DNA of 64,000 bases. Origin: Octopus vulgaris. Taxonomy: Eukaryota. Position 1 is the stretch's first letter. The number at the start of each line of letters is the position of its first letter. Both the position numbers and the translations under genes were made by a program. The stretch is from the NCBI GenBank assembly GCA_951406725.2, contig OX597822.1:108686001-108750000 (forward strand). Reading direction: 5' to 3'. Shown here one piece after another: positions 57,381 to 64,000 of the stretch. The notes beneath the pieces are model-generated. The model ran no database searches and had not been told where the DNA came from. It saw only the letters and a program-made list of their open reading frames with translations.

Positions 57381-57875
57381 AGACAACGAGCGGATGGAAT
57401 ATTTAGCACGCTGGACGAAATGCATGACACTATTTCGCCTGCCGTAAGAAAAGAACTGGAAAAACAACTGAGCACATTTTTTTTTTTTTTCACCAAAGGT
57501 GAACTATTCAAATGGAACCTGCAAGGGGGGGGGTTAACACGCCCTTCATAAAGCACTTCTTAAACACCCCACCGCCCTCGAACTTCTCTCTCAATTAATT
57601 ATCTTCTTTTTAATGTACACTACTTTCTTATAACTCTTGTTCATCAAGAACCCTTCTCTTAAAAACAAAATTCTCAACCCCTCCCATGATATAACCAAAT
57701 GTCCCATACATAATATTACAGAGCACAACTCGGCTCGCGGTCAGTTTGTTAACTACCACCACCGTAGTTAACAAAGAACTTACTAGCTCTACAAATCAAA
57801 CTGTAAATTACATGATTAAAAAATTGAACGGTTTAGAATTATCTGTGAAGTAATTCTTTTCTTTTTCATATATAT

Positions 57876-57953
<78 letters not shown>

Positions 57954-57959
57954 TGTGTG

Positions 57960-58750
57960 TGTGTGTGTCCTGTACCATGTCTGTGGATATATTCTTGCAT
58001 AGCCTGCACTTCACGACATATTCTGTAGTTATTTTATTTTACTCCATTATGTGTTTTGGGCAGGTCCTGTTGGAGAGGGATCTTGTGCCACAATAAAAAA
58101 AAAAAACTTTCACTTTCTGTTTTGAGTTCGCAACTACTCACCCGGTTTTGAGATGTTTCTTTTTTACTTAGCTTTTCCCACTCTTTGCTATGTAAGGATT
58201 TTTCTTGCATTGGTTTAACACGTTATTTCGTATTACCAGTTTTATCTCAGATTGAATTAAAGTTTTTGTTATTTGTTCTTTTTCGTGTTAGTTGTCAGGT
58301 GTTACCATCTCCTTCTCTCTATTTTTCAGCTTCCTTGATGATTCATACCTATTAACTTTTTCTCTCCATTGAGCTTGGTTTAAAGCATTAATATAACTCG
58401 TCTATAGAAAGCCTTCTTTAACTTCCCTTTCATCAGAGTGTGTTGTAGAATATCTAGTTCAGTGAAGTATTTGTATGACTGTATTTGGTCTAATACTGTT
58501 ATTTCATTTTTAAAATCTAGTTTGTTCTTTTTCTTCATAGTTGTCAGGTGTTACCATTTCTTTTTTTTTTTTTTTTCTGCTTCCTTGAAGACAGAAAATA
58601 TTTTGTCTCATGTTTTGCGGCTATTTCTACCAATGTTCCTTGGTTTAAATGAGATATTTCTTTTAACCAGTTTTCCTATTTTCAAGTTTGCTTTGGAACG
58701 TTTCTGTAAGTCAAAGTTCGGAAAAATCCATGCACTATCTATAGAACAAT
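57960..58750 (-). pseudogene. R4/Dong-type LINE C-terminal relic
   Basis: Minus strand: YKYFTELDILQHTLMKGKLKKAFYRRV (late RT), IVAQD, KCRLCK (CCHC start); heavily decayed. Confidence 0.65.
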
Positions 58751-60799
58751 TTTGAGATGTTTGTTTTTTGCATCATATAATTTCATATCTTCAATACGCA
58801 AGAGATAGTTAATTATTGTACTATAGTATTTGCATATACCTCCAGTTTTCTTAATTGATTAGCATGCAGGGTAAGATATAAGTGTATGTGCAATTATATA
58901 TGTATGCATGTGCTTGTGTGTTCGTGTGTGCGTGCCTCTGTGTGTGTGTGTGTGTGTATGCGTGATATATATACTATAATGTATAGGTTTTGTTTAACCC
59001 TAATTACCACAGCTGCGTTGTGGTAAAAGAAAAATCTACTGCAGCAAGTATGTTATTTTGTATATTAGATATTTCATTATCTATCTATACTTGAGTTGAC
59101 GGGATGTGAGCAACGTCAAATTTTATTGCTCACCCAATTGCAATCATTGAAAACTAAAAAGGTCAGCAGCTTTGAATTTGCATCACCATTTATTTCACAT
59201 TATGCTGTGTCCATTTCGCTAATAATTTCTCCTTTTCACATGCTTACGATAAATGACAATGATACAAAATACATGTAACGACTATATTTTGAATTGTAGC
59301 GTTCCAATTTTAATGTGGCATATTGTGATTTGCAGAAAATTTAGCTGCGATTTCTATCATAGTAACTTACAACTTCCATGCTTCTCTAGCTGTTGCCAAA
59401 TTTCAGATGAATTATTTTCCAATCCTCTATTATACAAACATCACTGCATCAATGCAAAAGTGAAACAATTTTATTATGAATATATCAAGTATATTTTAGT
59501 GTATATATTTTGTTATAATATTTAGCTTAACAGTTATTGATGAAATCATCAAAATTTCTCTAGACACGGTACTTCATTGATTTGATGATATTCTTTAAGC
59601 AGAATTATATCCACGTTTATAACGAGTACTAGAGATTTAAATGTTTCACAGATACGAGCAAATTTGGTAGTATTTATGTCAATATTTCTAAGCAAATAAT
59701 GTAGCATCACCTGATTCACATTTTAGTTACTCAAATATTACAAATTAAATAAGTTATACAAATACCGTTGGAATATATATGTAGCCATTATTTATTTATT
59801 TCTTAAAAAAGAAGGGTACTTTTGTCGTATTTTTCGCGCTATCTACTTGAAATTCTAAATTAGATTCGTTTCAACATGGTCATCGAAAGAATTCCATACT
59901 TTCATTGGTAATCTATAAACCTCCTATTTGAATGAAAGGCTACATCGAATGCAATGATTTATAACACACTGGCATCCGAGTGACAGGAAGAAACTTTGCT
60001 ACGTTTTCCCTCCAATGAATAATGTCACCAAGATATCGCAGACGTAATTTACGTATTCTTTGAAATAGAGCAATCTTCTGCAGAGGTCAAAGAAGATATC
60101 GCTATGTTTTTACAGAGTGACGACACAATCTGGAACCTCATGAACATTATTTAAAACAATTTATATTGATTTTTAGTGTGTTTACGCTCCATCATTGCGC
60201 AGCACATTAAGAATACCAAAAACCATTTCATATTGATTTGTTTGCTTATTTACAGAACAACATATTATTGAGAACAACAAGAAGAATACTTGAAACAATT
60301 ATATACAGTGAATCACACGGAATATAGAAGCAATTTATAGTAAGTGAAATATTGCTCGTTTCACTAAATTATTATGTTATAATTTTTGAGAGAATGACAG
60401 TAAAATATCTAGAAACAGTTGTACATAACTTACAGGTATAAATTATAACGTGTTGTAATATTTAACAGTACGTACCGGTGAAGACTTCCTTTTAATAACT
60501 GATAACTTAGTAATTGTTCTATATACATTCTTCATCGATGTTTAAAGTATTTGAATAACTGGAGTTTATTCTAAATTTCAATCCAAACTTAAGCATTATC
60601 TGTGAGGAGCATAAAGATAATCTCAGAACTGTTTTCTATAATCCTTGTCACATTTTCTAGTGTGCCTAGCGTCTCATCTCAGGTAAGAATCCTATAGCTT
60701 TTATATCATACTATTTTTCCATTACATCTTTGATATATATATATTCGATCTGGATGATATTTCCTTCCACATATATGTGTCAAGTAAATGAAAATATAT

Positions 60800-60803
60800 C
60801 ATG

Positions 60804-60889
<86 letters not shown>

Positions 60890-61061
60890 GAGAGAGTGAG
60901 AGAGAGACATTGATTGACAGATAGATAGATATGTAGGTAGATAGATAGAGAGATAGGCATGTGTATATGCATATATATATATACATAGATAGATATATAT
61001 ATACATGTATATATATGCATATATATGTATATATATATATGTATACATGTACATATATGGG

Positions 61062-61136
<75 letters not shown>

Positions 61137-61192
61137 GCATACATACATACATACATACTTACATACATACTTACATACATACATATACACAC
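60800..61192. repeat. Compound (TA)n/(GA)n/(TACA)n microsatellite
   Basis: Directly visible. Confidence 0.95.
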
Positions 61193-63569
61193 ATTTCAAC
61201 CGAACAGACTAGGTCCACACTATGAATTCTGTTCTTACTCTGACCAGTATTTATTAATGTTTATGACGCTAAGTAAAAATCCGAGACCGTAGGTTTATAC
61301 ATCATTGTTTAGCTGTAATCTAATTTTAAACCAACAAATTTATCCCGTCCATTTATATCGTAATTTCGCAATAGCATGCAGAAATTACTAAGCATTGACT
61401 CCTGTACCTTCACGTTTAGCATTCCTTTAATGAAATTCGTGCGTGCTCTATGCTGTGTCTTCACTTAATGAAAATATTTTGTTAGATTTATAGTCATTCT
61501 TATAAGTATAAGGATAAAAATATATCCCTGGGAATTCCAGTATGTCGATGGTAGCTGGGCATTTGTAATATATTATATCTATTTCAATTATGAATGAGTG
61601 TATTCCCTTGGGAAACATTTCGCAGTTGCTAGAGTAACTAAAATCACGGTTGATTGGAATTTGGCGGACGTGCAAGGAACTGCTCTTTTGTCTTTCGCGT
61701 ATATAATTTTCTGTAGGCTTTATTGTAATGTTAAATAAATGCAAAAGCAAAAATCCATTGTCAGCTTGAAATAAGGTTGGCAGGTATACAGGTAAATTAT
61801 TTATTGATGAGCGACAGAGGCTTGTGAAAAGTTTTCTTTATCGCTATCATAATATCAAATTTTCAGCTATATTTTCGTTCAGATTTTATTGCGGAGAAAT
61901 TTTCATAATTTCATTCTGTTTTATATTCGACAATGATTTATAACTGTTATTTTCGATAAAAGCGTTGTGTTTATTTAGATCATTAACAGCAACATAGAGA
62001 TATTTCATTAGCAAAGCCTCGGGTTAGGCACACTCTCCATTGTATTTAGATAACACGAAAGCCATGGTGGTACGAAACAATATCTTAGCATTAAATTCCG
62101 CCCGCGAATCTATTTTGCTTGCATCATAACATGTTCTAATGTTATGTAACAAAAGCAAAATATAATTACAAAATGTGTGTGGTTTACCTTTATATATTTA
62201 CATGAATATTCCATTAATAACTTTACTTCGGATATTCGAGGAGATAATATTCTAAAAGTTATTATCCAAATATTTTGAATTATTTCTAATAAAAATATTT
62301 GATATTTTATTAATTCCATTGTCGGATGTAGATACAAGATAAATAAACTATTGGAACGTGCGATAGAACGGTGGAATTGCATATTGTTTCATTTTTAATT
62401 TTTTTTTTTTTCCTGTATCTATGTAAACTATCAACATAGGGTGTATAGATTGTGATACTTGCATTAAGCCGGTTTTGCAGAAAAATACCTTGGCCCAAAA
62501 AATATGCAGTACATTATGGCATGTAATACATACTAAAATAGGGTGCAGAGGTGTAATAAGGCTGCCATTGTTTTCATGTTGAGAAAATATCTTAATGATT
62601 ATTGAAATCGATCATAGAGAGAAATTGGTGATCGTTTCTTGGATTAAAAGACGAAAACCAAAACACGAGAATTCACAACATATCGTCACGAGAATTATTG
62701 GTAAACAAAAACAAAAAATCAAAGGGGTAATACTTGGGTAAGAACTCTTGAATGATTTTCTCTGTTGGGTTTCACATTTGGAAAATATTGTGCAGAATGA
62801 ATAATTTTGTTTATATTGTGTAGTGTCCTAGGTATTTGTAATCTTTGCATGTTCGTTTATTGAGAGATGCGTCTTCTTTCTGCAGAATTCATGAGATATA
62901 TATGAAATGTTTTCGTTAAAAAAAAAAAAATTATCGGTGGTGGTTCCTCTTTGAAATGTCGGAGTATAAAACATTGATTATATATGCAAAAATGCAAGGT
63001 TTCATCGCTAATGTTTAAGATGATATCTTTTCATTGGATGATGTTCAGTTTTACAGTAATGCAAAACTCACATTTGACACCCTGTCCCCTGTATTTTTTG
63101 CTTTAGCAATAACCCTCCAGTTATCTAGGAGTTGCTTACAGAAACACCCATTCACATTGTTCGATATTTACGTATATATACACGTACATACATACATACA
63201 TACATACATACATACGCACTCATATATATCATACATACATACATACAAACCTATATATATATATATATATCCCAGAACACTGTGATGTATCTTTAGGAAA
63301 TGATGTATTGTGAATCAAAAATTGACTTGTTATCCTATCAATAGTTTCTTTTAACTAATTCGTAGTCATACCAAGAGATTTCAGATAATATATCGGTAAA
63401 CAGGAAACGTCAATAGATTGAATTTCAAATAACCTTAACTTGTTTGATTTTCCTCCGATGTAGGACGATGAATATTATGTTTTCTCATACCGTAAATAAT
63501 TGACATCTCTCATATGTTGAAGTCATATTATCGCATCCCTAAAATGGTATTTTTCATCTTTTCATCTCT

Positions 63570-63745
63570 AACATAATTCGCCAACACTACACCTGATTTT
63601 CTCCCCTCCATACACATGCAAGCATGTATCTGACTCATACACTGTTCACTTTCCAGACATTTGTACATTATTGCATATGCTTTATACGCACCTTTGACAA
63701 GTTGTGGTGCACCTGAGCACTGTATACAATAATTTCATTATTATG
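63570..63745 (+). mobile_element. LINE 3' UTR/tail (CR1-like, Octopus)
   Basis: Ends ...gtggtgcacctgagcactgtatacaataatttcattattat with a short (ATT) tail; family from recollection. Confidence 0.55.
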
Positions 63746-64000
63746 ATAAATTTAGGCAACGGTACACACAATTTTAGATGTGTTTCCACAGAACAACATA
63801 AGAATGTAATGTCTGTGAAAAGATATTCATTTCTCAATCACCAAATTATTTTTGATTAACATCTATCCTGTATATATGCGACTGTTACTCCATGAGTACG
63901 AAAACCTGATCGGAAACATGAAATGTAGTATACAAAATTGATGTTTCTTTAGAAGATTCTCTCCGATAAAGGTCGTACCAGACGCGCATTGGGTTTCTGT

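Noticed and set aside
61448-61750. 100-aa minus-strand ORF or possible Helitron fragment
   Set aside because: No recognisable motif; compatible with chance or a very old repeat.
63955-63995. ctccgataaaggtcgtaccagacgcgc resembling a decayed PLE hammerhead
   Set aside because: Too many core mismatches, and it lies at the window edge.

Overview
AT-rich, repeat-dense animal DNA, very probably an octopus (coleoid cephalopod) intergenic or intronic region. The taxon is inferred from recalled Octopus tRNA-SINE families and long (TA)n/(AAT)n microsatellites. No intact host gene could be supported; almost all ORF-track entries are microsatellite read-throughs or antisense to decayed transposons. The window holds about 13 SINE copies or fragments, R4/Dong-type LINE relics, a Tc1 relic, a LINE tail and Penelope-like element (PLE) ORF fragments. 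The main signal is a set of non-coding, hammerhead-ribozyme (HHR)-bearing elements arranged head-to-head as palindromes. (i) 35394-37720 is a near-identical ~485-bp tandem array: 3 units on minus joined to ~1.8 inverted units, carrying 5 type I HHRs, with both ends in (TA)n. It resembles a retrozyme/circRNA-derived insertion. (ii) 214-870 is an unrelated HHR family with the same head-to-head, (TA)n-flanked architecture. (iii) 53969-54575 is a palindrome of two tRNA-headed units, each with a minimal PLE-type HHR. Together they suggest (inference) a PLE-driven, microsatellite-targeted, double-primed retroposition system for ribozyme RNAs. All structures were read by eye; no folding or database search was run.
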